64,000 bases of DNA, from assembly GCA_964350735.1 (NCBI GenBank), contig CAYGKO010000002.1, positions 155,566-219,565 on the forward strand, read 5' to 3'. Of the stretch, positions 47,059-55,310 are shown piece by piece. The translations under genes and the position numbers were made by a program. The notes beneath the pieces were generated by a model. It had not been told where the DNA came from and made no database searches. It saw nothing but the letters and a program-made list of their open reading frames with translations. Numbering within the stretch: the stretch's first letter is position 1; every line of letters starts with the position of its first letter. The stretch comes from an uncultured Candidatus Saccharibacteria bacterium. GTDB taxonomy: Bacteria; Patescibacteriota; Minisyncoccia; Phycocordibacterales; UBA918.

Positions 47059-49848
47059 TTATACCAGACCGGCAAACGGGTTATCGCCTGGCTGTGGTTT
47101 AGGGGGGTCTTCTTTTTTGTAGCGTTCGGCGATTTCGGCTTCGATTTCAGCGCGGGGGCGGCCGTAGCGATCGAGGCTCTTTTGGATCATAGTCTGCACG
47201 TGGGCCTGGTCACTTTCTGGTGGAGGCTCGGTCGAGACACTAAAGGGTTTGGTTGGGACGCCGTTGGCCAAAATCTTCATGTAGGCCTGGTAGTTCGGAA
47301 TATTCATAATGTCACCTGCGTCGAAAGTTGGTTCAAGTTGCTTCTCAAGGAAATGTCCGTCTTCAGGACCAACCCGAAAGATCGACATCGACCCGACGTT
47401 GCCAAACACCGCATCTTTGATTGAGTCATCCAGCTGAGCAATAAACTGGTGCGCCATCGTAAGGCCAAGCTTATACTTACGAGCTTCAGACAAAATTGAC
47501 GCGATCGCCGGGGTAGAGACGTTTTGGAACTCATCGATATGAAGGAAAAATGGCGGGAAGCCTTTGGTCGGATCATCCACTCGCGACAATGCCGCCATCA
47601 GGATCTTCCCCACGAAGATCATACCGATGAGGTTCGCATTGATCTCGCCAAGACGACCCTTCGAAAGATTGATCAAAAGAATTTTTCGCTCGTCCATAAT
47701 CTGCCGGAAATTAAAGGCACTATCTTGCTGTCCGATAATCGGCCGCATGTAGTCGTTGGCGGTAAAGACGTCAAACTTCGACACGATGTACGGCACGATA
47801 TTTTCGAGACTGGCTTCCCCACCCGCTTTAGTCGCAATCTCGCGCCAGAATTGAATCACCACCGGATTGGTGGCTTTTTCAAGCTTCATGCGGCGATACT
47901 TGGCGTCAGCCATTACTCGAGAAATATCCATCAGCGTATTACCACTGTCCGGATCGTCCATCACGAGCAGGGTCGCATTACGGAAATACTGCTCAAACAT
48001 CGGCCCCATCGATTCAGGATTGCCACCGTACAGTTTTTGGAAAATTGAAAAGAGTTCGTTTACCACGAACGTCTTTTGCTCTGGCTTCGTGCGGTCGTAC
48101 TCAAGCATATTGAGTCCGATCACTTGCTCAAGGTTAGACGGGTCAAAGTAGATTACATCATCGACTCGCTCAGGTGGAATAGCTCCAAGCACATCCTGAA
48201 TGTCGCTCCCGTGCGGGTCGATCATACACACACCATGTCCTTGCTGAATATCCTGCACAACCATGTTCTGCATAAAGACCGACTTACCGGTACCGGTCTG
48301 TCCGATGATGTAGAAGTGGCGCATCCGATCGTTTTCGGTGACGTAAATATCTTTATTGACGCCTCGGTGATTATTCTTTCCAAGCAGCGTCCCATCAGTT
48401 GGCATCTCGGTTGGCGCCGCTGCGGTCTTCGCACGCGACTGCTTAAATTGTGGACTCGAGTCAATTCCGCTCCCCGGGAAATGCAACATAATAGCCAACT
48501 CCTCAAGCGAGAGCGGCAGTATGTTTTCTTTGCTGAACTCGCGGAATGAATAGGCTTTAATAGCCCGTTTCAGCGCTGTGCCAGTCGGGTGCAACCACTT
48601 CAGACGGTTAGCTCGAGTGTTCTCGAATTGATTAAAGGTGGCTTCAATCTCAGACAAAATTTTCTTCGCCTGCCCCTCGGTCTTCGCTGACACTGCAATC
48701 CGAATATTGCTATCAACAATCGGTTTACTGCGTTTGTGAGTAATCAGCTCGATTGTGTCTTGATCGACATCGCTCTTTTCAAAGCCGGTATCGTCATTCT
48801 TTGATTTGTTGAAAATCATGTCTTTGAGACCAACATACAGTTCGCCCCCGAGCGTATCACTCGCTATTGCGTCTTTCGGTCGCATCCCATCACGGATTTT
48901 CTTAATGATGGTTTCGTAGCGATCGGTATAGCGGGTCGGGGTACTTTTTATAGAAATCTGCAATGACGCACCACCCCCATCACGCTCAATCTTGGAAAAC
49001 GCATTTAAAAGCACCGCCAGTGGGTCCGACTGAAAACTTTCCGCTTCACGCAGTGGATAGACCGGGTGTTTTTGGAGCGCAGCTACTGACACTAAAGAAA
49101 CCCCTTCGTCGACGAAGATGTTGTAGTCGTGCACTTGTTGTGTGAGGACTGCGTTGGGGAAAAGCGAGAGGATTTGTTTTTCAAACAAATCAATAAACTC
49201 ATCGGGTACTGATACGTAAAATACAATATCGTCACTCTTGTCCGACACCCCGATCTCGAGCACGTAATGGTCCTTCCCCTTCCCATGACCCACACTCTGC
49301 ATACCCGAGTAAAACTGCTCCATCATTGAAATGATCTCAGCCAATTGCTTCTCGCGCCCCTGTTCTTCTGGCACTTCTGGTAACGATACTTCAAAAAGCG
49401 TCATATGCAGCACCTGCCATGGTGGAATTCCTTCTTTTACCCCCTGCAGCTCTTTACCTGATTTAATGTGCTCGATCAGTAAGCGATGGACTTCGTCGGT
49501 CGTGAAGGCAGTTGATGATTTTTCTACTACCGAAAGGGCATTACGAATCCCCTCTCTCATGGCGACTTCAATAATCTCTGCTGCCGGGTCAGCCGCGGTC
49601 TCTACCTGAGCCACTGATTCCGCCAACCCAGCCTCGTCCATCTGCTGTTCTTGTTTCAATACCGTGTCCGGCGTGAAGGTACCATACTCATGCAGTACCT
49701 GCTTCCCCACGGTTTCAAAATCAGCCTGATCCACCTCCGCCGGACTGCGCTCCAGCACCTCCCGTTCTTTCTCAGCAATCTGGGCACGCAAAAAAGCGAT
49801 CTCTTCTTCCGGAGTCGAAAATTGTTGTTGCGGAACCCCCTCTTTCAT
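47059..49848 (-). CDS. virB4: VirB4/TrbE/TraC-like type IV secretion or conjugation ATPase.
   Basis: Walker A YIIGQTGTGKS in the C-terminal half. Walker B region FFLHIDEFQNV. Downstream ARKYKLGLTMAHQ matches the VirB4 RKy..(s/t)Q motif. There is a ~450-aa N-terminal domain. Confidence 0.6.
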   Translation of the reverse strand: MKEGVPQQQFSTPEEEIAFLRAQIAEKEREVLERSPAEVDQADFETVGKQVLHEYGTFTPDTVLKQEQQMDEAGLAESVAQVETAADPAAEIIEVAMREGIRNALSVVEKSSTAFTTDEVHRLLIEHIKSGKELQGVKEGIPPWQVLHMTLFEVSLPEVPEEQGREKQLAEIISMMEQFYSGMQSVGHGKGKDHYVLEIGVSDKSDDIVFYVSVPDEFIDLFEKQILSLFPNAVLTQQVHDYNIFVDEGVSLVSVAALQKHPVYPLREAESFQSDPLAVLLNAFSKIERDGGGASLQISIKSTPTRYTDRYETIIKKIRDGMRPKDAIASDTLGGELYVGLKDMIFNKSKNDDTGFEKSDVDQDTIELITHKRSKPIVDSNIRIAVSAKTEGQAKKILSEIEATFNQFENTRANRLKWLHPTGTALKRAIKAYSFREFSKENILPLSLEELAIMLHFPGSGIDSSPQFKQSRAKTAAAPTEMPTDGTLLGKNNHRGVNKDIYVTENDRMRHFYIIGQTGTGKSVFMQNMVVQDIQQGHGVCMIDPHGSDIQDVLGAIPPERVDDVIYFDPSNLEQVIGLNMLEYDRTKPEQKTFVVNELFSIFQKLYGGNPESMGPMFEQYFRNATLLVMDDPDSGNTLMDISRVMADAKYRRMKLEKATNPVVIQFWREIATKAGGEASLENIVPYIVSKFDVFTANDYMRPIIGQQDSAFNFRQIMDERKILLINLSKGRLGEINANLIGMIFVGKILMAALSRVDDPTKGFPPFFLHIDEFQNVSTPAIASILSEARKYKLGLTMAHQFIAQLDDSIKDAVFGNVGSMSIFRVGPEDGHFLEKQLEPTFDAGDIMNIPNYQAYMKILANGVPTKPFSVSTEPPPESDQAHVQTMIQKSLDRYGRPRAEIEAEIAERYKKEDPPKPQPGDNPFAGLV

Positions 49849-49862
49849 TACTCTATATGATA

Positions 49863-49896
49863 CCGCGCCGAGGCCGATAAATCGGCCGGGGCGCGG
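49863..49896. other. GC-rich nested hairpin in the 65-nt spacer between the NDT-like gene and the virB4-like start.
   Basis: CCGCGCC ... GGCCGA-TAAA-TCGGCC ... GGCGCGG. There is no U-run on the coding (minus) strand, so it is not a canonical terminator. Confidence 0.3.
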
Positions 49897-49913
49897 GGAG
49901 ACTGTGGGCAGAA

Positions 49914-50363
49914 CTATTTTATTTTACCAAGATCTTCATTAACCCAAGTTGCTCTAAAGGCCTCCAGTTCTTCCGTCATATTTTCTGTTGGTGACATTGC
50001 TTTATAAACATAAATTTTCTTTCGTAAAAAATATGCTACTCCAATCTCTATAGTAGTCGCATTGCCGATGTATTGCGACTTGCCCTTTTTAGGTAAATTT
50101 AATATCAGCACTGCATCTGAAGCTTCAATTTTATTGTAGTGGTCTCTGTAAGCATCAAGCTCAACTGCATGTGCTGCCTCAGCGGCACTATCTTTTAGAT
50201 TCGGTGAAGCAATATGCATGTCAGTGTCTAAAGGCACTAACACTTCATGACCATATGATTCTAGCTTTGTTTTACACTCATTCATTTGAACTGCAAAACT
50301 CATACTACCGCAAATAGTAATTTTCATATCAAATACTCTAACTAATTCAAGACTAATTACCAA
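49914..50363 (-). CDS. Nucleoside 2-deoxyribosyltransferase-like (flavodoxin-like fold) protein. The true start is probably the internal ATG (MKITICGS...).
   Basis: KITICGSMSF ... VLVP ... ASDAVLILNLP ... GNATTIEIGVAYFLRKKIYVY resembles the NDT/DUF4406 pattern (kiYlAGp ... D..d.vva.l ... sGtafElGyAyalgKPv). Confidence 0.4.
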   Translation of the reverse strand: MVISLELVRVFDMKITICGSMSFAVQMNECKTKLESYGHEVLVPLDTDMHIASPNLKDSAAEAAHAVELDAYRDHYNKIEASDAVLILNLPKKGKSQYIGNATTIEIGVAYFLRKKIYVYKAMSPTENMTEELEAFRATWVNEDLGKIK

Positions 50364-50482
50364 ACGCTGATTTTGTAGGCAAATACGCGGAATGGCAAAA
50401 TTTATGAAGGAGACGTATGACTATACGGTGACTGAGAAAATTGTAGTCATGACAAAGTAGTTGTCACAAAATCAGCGTTTGG
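50360..50482. repeat. 17-bp perfect inverted repeat (CCAAACGCTGATTTTGT / ACAAAATCAGCGTTTGG) bracketing the whole mreB2 to NDT-like intergenic region.
   Basis: Arms at 50360-50376 and 50466-50482. The spacer contains further short palindromes (GACTATAC / GTAGTCATGAC). Confidence 0.5.
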
Positions 50483-51485
50483 CGATGACCGTTCGTTTGT
50501 AGGTATCCAAATGCTCGAGTGCAATTCCAGTTCCCTTCACTACACAAAAAAGCGCTTGGTCTGCCAACCTAGCTTTCACACCCGTCCGGCGCTTGATCAG
50601 CTCGGGAAAATTACGGAGCTGTGAAGTACCACCGGTCATAATAATGCCGTCGTCGATAATATCAGCCGCGAGCTCTGGTGGGGTCTCCTGAAATACATCC
50701 TTGATCGCTTTGACCATATCGCGCAGCTCTTTTCCGATGGCTTTTACGATCTCGTTGGTACGGACTTCGGTAGTGCGCGGGAGGCCAGTGAGGAGATCAC
50801 GGCCTTTAATATCCATTACCAACTCTTCTTCGAGCGGCAGCGCTGAACCAACTGTAATCTTTACGTCTTCAGCAGTCTTTTCACCAATCGAGAGGTTCCG
50901 CGTCTTTTTAATATAATCAATAATCGCGGCGTCGATGCGGTTGCCGGCACATTTCACAGAGTTCGCCGCTACAATCCCCCCAAGGGAGATCACCGCTACG
51001 TCGATGGTTCCCCCACCAATATCAACAATCATGTGGCCCTGGGGTTCATAAATCGGAATCCCAGCTCCAATCGCAGCCAAGATAGGTTCTTTTACTACAT
51101 ACGCATTACGTGCCCCAGCCTTAAGCGCGGCTTCTACCACGGCGCGTTTCTCAGTCGACGACACTCCCGCCGGCACCGATACCATTACCTCCGGTTTAAA
51201 AATACTGTATTTACCGAGCGCCTTACCCATAAAGTAGCGGAGCATGGCTTCGGTCACGCGGTAGTCAGCAATTACCCCGTCTTTCATCGGACGATAAGCT
51301 TTAATACTCTCTGGCGTCCGGCCAATCATCCGCTTCGCTTCAACTCCCACCGCGAGCACCTGGCTGTCGTCAGACACAGCTACTACTGAAGGTTCGTTAA
51401 GTACGATCCCCTCACCCGGCACATACACTAATACATTAGTTGTGCCCAAATCGATCCCAATCTTCGGATTGAATTTCCCAAACAT
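50472..51485 (-). CDS. mreB: Second actin-like MreB/Mbl paralog.
   Basis: IGIDLGTTNVLVYV, DIGGGT, and a full ASKHA actin-fold pattern. Length 337 aa. Confidence 0.75.
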   Translation of the reverse strand: MFGKFNPKIGIDLGTTNVLVYVPGEGIVLNEPSVVAVSDDSQVLAVGVEAKRMIGRTPESIKAYRPMKDGVIADYRVTEAMLRYFMGKALGKYSIFKPEVMVSVPAGVSSTEKRAVVEAALKAGARNAYVVKEPILAAIGAGIPIYEPQGHMIVDIGGGTIDVAVISLGGIVAANSVKCAGNRIDAAIIDYIKKTRNLSIGEKTAEDVKITVGSALPLEEELVMDIKGRDLLTGLPRTTEVRTNEIVKAIGKELRDMVKAIKDVFQETPPELAADIIDDGIIMTGGTSQLRNFPELIKRRTGVKARLADQALFCVVKGTGIALEHLDTYKRTVIAKR

Positions 51486-51559
51486 GTAGGTAGTAGTGTA
51501 GCTGGTTTTCAGAGATTGCCAAGGCTGATTAAATTTGTGAATAGATTGTTTTACAGATA

Positions 51560-51580
51560 TAGCAGATTTGCTATAGTATG
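51560..51580. promoter_or_regulatory. Near-palindrome TATAGCAGATTTGCTATA plus TATAGT -10-like element upstream of the HTH-MurA gene. Candidate autoregulatory operator.
   Basis: 9/9 versus 8/9 inverted half-sites, located within 20 nt of the start codon of a gene that encodes an XRE HTH. Confidence 0.3.
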
Positions 51581-53086
51581 AGCATTATGCAAAACATTGG
51601 AACCAATATCGCCGACCTGCGTGAATCAAGCGGCTTCACCCAAACAGAGCTCGCTAAAAAAATTAAAACCACCCAAAGTGCCATCGCGCGCATGGAAAGC
51701 GGTCGACAGAACGTCAGCGCTGACATGCTGAAGAAAATTAGTAAAGCCCTAGGAAAAAACCTCATCACCCTCTCCCCTGGCACCGTCAACCTCGAAATCA
51801 CTGGTGGTCAAAAACTCAAAGGCACCATCGAAACCAACACCTCAAAAAACGGCGCCGTCGGCCTCCTCTGTGCCTCTCTCCTCAATACCGGCAAGACAAC
51901 CTTGAAGCGTATGCCCCGCATCGAAGAGGTATACCGCTTGGTAGAGGTGCTTGAAAGCATTGGTGTTTCTATCCAATGGACTGGTGACGAAATGGTGATT
52001 CACCCGCCGAAGAAACTTCGACTTAAAGACATTAATGTGGACGCCGCGCGGAAGACACGAAGTATCGTGATGTTTATTGGACCACTCTTACACCGCCTGA
52101 AGTCATTTCATCTACCCCAATCAGGTGGCTGCAAACTCGGCAGTCGGACCGTAAAGCCGCACTTCTACGCCCTCGAACACTTCGGGGTTGATATTGTAAC
52201 GACTGAAAATGCCTTCGTAGTGAAAGTCGACAAAAAAATTCCGTCTGAAATCATCCTCTACGAATCTGGTGACACGGTAACAGAAAATGCGCTCTTTGCC
52301 GCCGCGCTCACTCCCACTACTACCGTTATCAAGTACGCTAGCGCTAACTATATGGTGCAAGAAATGTGCGCCTTCTTAATGGCCTGCGGGGTACAGATCG
52401 AAGGGGTTGGCACTACCACTCTTACCGTCACCGGACTCGAGAAAATCAATCAAGACATCACGTACACGCTCGCTGAAGACCCAACTGACACCATGTTCTT
52501 TCTGGCGGCAAGTATCGTAACCAACTCCAGCATTACGATCACCCGCTGCCCGATCGACTTCCTTGAGCTGGAACTCCTCAAACTGCAAAAGATGGGCTTT
52601 AAATACAAATTGAGTAAACCCTATGTTGGGGAAAATGGCATGGTGCGCCTGGTTGATATCACCACCAAACCATCAAAGCTGGTATCACTCGGTGAGAAGA
52701 TCTACGCTCGCCCGTATCCTGGCCTCAACATAGACAACCTCCCCTTCTTTGCCGTCATTGCCACCCAAGCCGAAGGTCAAACTCTCATTCACGATTGGGT
52801 GTACGAGAAGCGAGCTATCTACTTCACTGAGCTCGACAAGCTTGGAGCGGAAACTGTCCTCGCTGACCCACACCGCATCTACATCAACGGCCCGACAGCA
52901 CTACGCGCCAACGAGCTCATCTGTCCACCCGCTTTGCGACCGGCCACCATCCTCCTTATTGCTATGCTCGGCGCCTCTGGTCGTTCGGTTCTGCGTAACA
53001 TCTACAGCATCAACCGCGGCTACGAAAACCTAGTGGAACGCCTTGCTTCGCTCGGCGCTGACATCAAATATTTGGAAGAGTTTTAA
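51578..53086 (+). CDS. murA: UDP-N-acetylglucosamine 1-carboxyvinyltransferase (MurA) fused to an N-terminal XRE-family helix-turn-helix domain.
   Basis: Residues ~8-60 FTQTELAKKIKTTQSAIARMESGRQNVSADMLKKISKALG form an XRE HTH. MurA body LEITGGQKLKGTIETNTSKNGAVGLLCASLL has the catalytic loop LPQSGGCKLGSRTVKPH (E. coli LPGGCTIGARPVDLH). The C-terminus SINRGYENLVERLASLGADIKYLE matches [23 protein letters not shown]. Confidence 0.75.
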   Translation: MSIMQNIGTNIADLRESSGFTQTELAKKIKTTQSAIARMESGRQNVSADMLKKISKALGKNLITLSPGTVNLEITGGQKLKGTIETNTSKNGAVGLLCASLLNTGKTTLKRMPRIEEVYRLVEVLESIGVSIQWTGDEMVIHPPKKLRLKDINVDAARKTRSIVMFIGPLLHRLKSFHLPQSGGCKLGSRTVKPHFYALEHFGVDIVTTENAFVVKVDKKIPSEIILYESGDTVTENALFAAALTPTTTVIKYASANYMVQEMCAFLMACGVQIEGVGTTTLTVTGLEKINQDITYTLAEDPTDTMFFLAASIVTNSSITITRCPIDFLELELLKLQKMGFKYKLSKPYVGENGMVRLVDITTKPSKLVSLGEKIYARPYPGLNIDNLPFFAVIATQAEGQTLIHDWVYEKRAIYFTELDKLGAETVLADPHRIYINGPTALRANELICPPALRPATILLIAMLGASGRSVLRNIYSINRGYENLVERLASLGADIKYLEEF

Positions 53087-53190
53087 TAAATTCCTAATTC
53101 ACAACTTTTGTAACATCTCTTGACAGAAAGCGACTACATTATATTGTGTTTATTAGCTCACAATGTAACTGAAAGGAGGTGATCAAAACT

Positions 53191-53325
53191 ATGGCAGCCA
53201 AAGAAACTGATCGGGTGACAGACCCCGAGAGGAATATCGCGATGTTCAAAAAAATGCAAGGTTGGCTAAAAGACGGCAGTTTTTCAGACCGACTTGCAGA
53301 AGCGGTTAAAAAACTTGAAGCCTAA
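53191..53325 (+). CDS. Small 44-aa protein with a near-perfect Shine-Dalgarno sequence (hypothetical).
   Basis: GAAAGGAGGTGA lies 8 nt upstream of the ATG. The ORF MAAKETDRVTDPERNIAMFKKMQGWLKDGSFSDRLAEAVKKLEA is followed by a 12-bp perfect hairpin. Confidence 0.4.
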   Translation: MAAKETDRVTDPERNIAMFKKMQGWLKDGSFSDRLAEAVKKLEA

Positions 53326-53341
53326 AGAACCAATAGAACCT

Positions 53342-53395
53342 CCGGGTGGCAGAGCTTCTGCCACCCGGGCCGTCGATTTCAGGCGGCCTTTTTTC
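53342..53395 (+). terminator. Compound terminator after the small ORF.
   Basis: CCGGGTGGCAGA-GCT-TCTGCCACCCGG perfect stem. A second weaker stem GGCCG..CGGCC is followed by TTTTTTCTTATTT. Confidence 0.5.
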
Positions 53396-53417
53396 TTATT
53401 TGCTACAATACCCTTCT

Positions 53418-55310
53418 ATGCACGTCATTGAAGTCATCCCGCTCGCTCGCGCCTCTACCATCGAATCACTGACGTATTACTCTAGCGTTGCCTATCCGGC
53501 AGGGACAATTATTGACGTTCCTATCCGCAAGCAGCAGAAGCGCGCGGTGGTAGTAAGCGCAAAGCCTGTCTCAGCCTCAAAGACCGCCGTAAAGACGGCT
53601 ACTTTTAGCCTTCGTAAGCTGCCAGAACAACCGAAGACCAATACCCTGCCCCCAGTTCTGATTGAGACAGCGAAACGACTCACCAAGGTCACACCAGCTA
53701 GCTTAGGAGCTATTTTATTCACACTTTTACCTCCTGAAGTACGTGACGGTGATATTGATCTCACCGGAAACCTCCCAGCTGCAGATAGCTTTGAAGTGCC
53801 TTCTGTCACTATTTTTCAAGGCACCGAGGAAGAACGGATTCGCACTTACCGCAGCAGCATCCGGGAGACATTCGCTCATGGCGGATCAGTGTTACTGGTC
53901 GTCCCCACCTCTGCTGATGTCACAAAGTTGGCTGATGCGCTCAGTAGCGGGATCGAGAAACGAGTAGTTACCTTTACTCGCAACCACACCAAGAAAAAGA
54001 TGCAGACGGCATTTACCAACTTCGCTGATTTATCTCACGCCAAGCTCATCATCACTACTCCTGCCTATAGCTGTCTCGACCGGCACGACATTACCAATAT
54101 CATTATCGAGCAGTCGCATAGCAACCATTACAAAGCCAAGACTCGACCGTACTTAGACACTCGAACTGTCTTACACACCATTGCTCAAGTGGCCGGGCGA
54201 CAGATTTTGATGGGCGACCTTCTTCCCCGTTCTGAGGAAGAACAAAAACGTCGAGACGATTTCTACAATACAGACGGTGAATACCCAAAACGCCTTACTC
54301 TGCCAGGTAAGCTACGCATCTTGACTCAAGTAACTACCAAAACCTCAAGTGACTCCTGGCAATTATTCTCCAACGAACTTAAAGACATCATCACTGACAC
54401 CCACAAAAGCCGCGGACGCAGCTTTATTCTAGCGGCGCGACGCGGCATCTCACCACTCGTAACATGCATAGACTGTGGCCTGATCTTTCGATGTCCCGAT
54501 TCAGGCGAACCCTACTCACTACATAAGACAGTCAGAAACGGCGAAGAAAGACGGTGGTTTATTGCCGCTAGCGCTGGACGTCGCATTATCGCCCCTGACA
54601 CGTGTACAAAATGCGGCTCATGGCGACTGCAAGAGCGCGGCATTGGCGTGCAACATATTCAATCCGAATTCAGGAAGCAATTCCCTGATATTCCGGTCGT
54701 ACTGTTTGATCACACTACTGCCACCACCCCGCGCAAAGCGGCGCAATTGATTGCTTCATTTTATGACACCAAGGGAGCAGTGTTACTGGGCACAAGCATG
54801 GTGCTCTCCTACATTGAAAAACCAATCACAAACACTATCCTGACTTCCCTTGAAGCCACCCGAGCAATACCATCTTGGCGGGCGGAAGAATCATTTTTTG
54901 CATTACTACTCCGTTTGCGTGAACTCGCCACCGAACAAACAGTTATCCAAACCCGGAGTGAACCCGATGACATTCTTAAGCTAGCCGAGCAAGGTCTGGT
55001 TGAACAATTCTATACTGAAGAGCTCGAACTACGTGAAGCGCTGAAATACCCCCCATACAGCCACTTTGTGCATCTGACACTACAGGGAGATCCGTTAGCA
55101 CTACCAGAAATCGAGGAACAGATTACAAAATTACTAGAAAAATATAAAATCACTTTCTACACGGCCCCGCAGTTTGTAAAAAATGGCATCAGACGGTACG
55201 GCCTCGTCAGAATCTCACAGACTGCCTGGCCTGACGAAAACCTCATGAATCTCCTGCGTACCCTGCCACCATCAATTCGAATCGAGATTGATCCGGAACG
55301 AATTGTATAA
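53418..55310 (+). CDS. priA: Primosomal protein N' (PriA)-like replication-restart protein with a degenerate Walker A. The start is reassigned from 53346 to the ATG at 53418.
   Basis: N-terminus MHVIEVIPLARASTIES...AGTIIDVPIRKQQKRAVVV parallels E. coli PriA (VAHVALPVPLPRTFDY...GCRVRVPFGKQQERIGIV). Cys4 zinc element CIDCGLIFRCP...CTKCGS. The position of GVTGSGKT is occupied by QGTEEERI. Confidence 0.55.
   Translation: MHVIEVIPLARASTIESLTYYSSVAYPAGTIIDVPIRKQQKRAVVVSAKPVSASKTAVKTATFSLRKLPEQPKTNTLPPVLIETAKRLTKVTPASLGAILFTLLPPEVRDGDIDLTGNLPAADSFEVPSVTIFQGTEEERIRTYRSSIRETFAHGGSVLLVVPTSADVTKLADALSSGIEKRVVTFTRNHTKKKMQTAFTNFADLSHAKLIITTPAYSCLDRHDITNIIIEQSHSNHYKAKTRPYLDTRTVLHTIAQVAGRQILMGDLLPRSEEEQKRRDDFYNTDGEYPKRLTLPGKLRILTQVTTKTSSDSWQLFSNELKDIITDTHKSRGRSFILAARRGISPLVTCIDCGLIFRCPDSGEPYSLHKTVRNGEERRWFIAASAGRRIIAPDTCTKCGSWRLQERGIGVQHIQSEFRKQFPDIPVVLFDHTTATTPRKAAQLIASFYDTKGAVLLGTSMVLSYIEKPITNTILTSLEATRAIPSWRAEESFFALLLRLRELATEQTVIQTRSEPDDILKLAEQGLVEQFYTEELELREALKYPPYSHFVHLTLQGDPLALPEIEEQITKLLEKYKITFYTAPQFVKNGIRRYGLVRISQTAWPDENLMNLLRTLPPSIRIEIDPERIV

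Noticed and set aside
53346-53417. ORF-track start of priA at 53346
   Set aside because: The first 24 codons coincide with a perfect 12-bp terminator hairpin and T-tract. The ATG at 53418 gives a PriA-like N-terminus.
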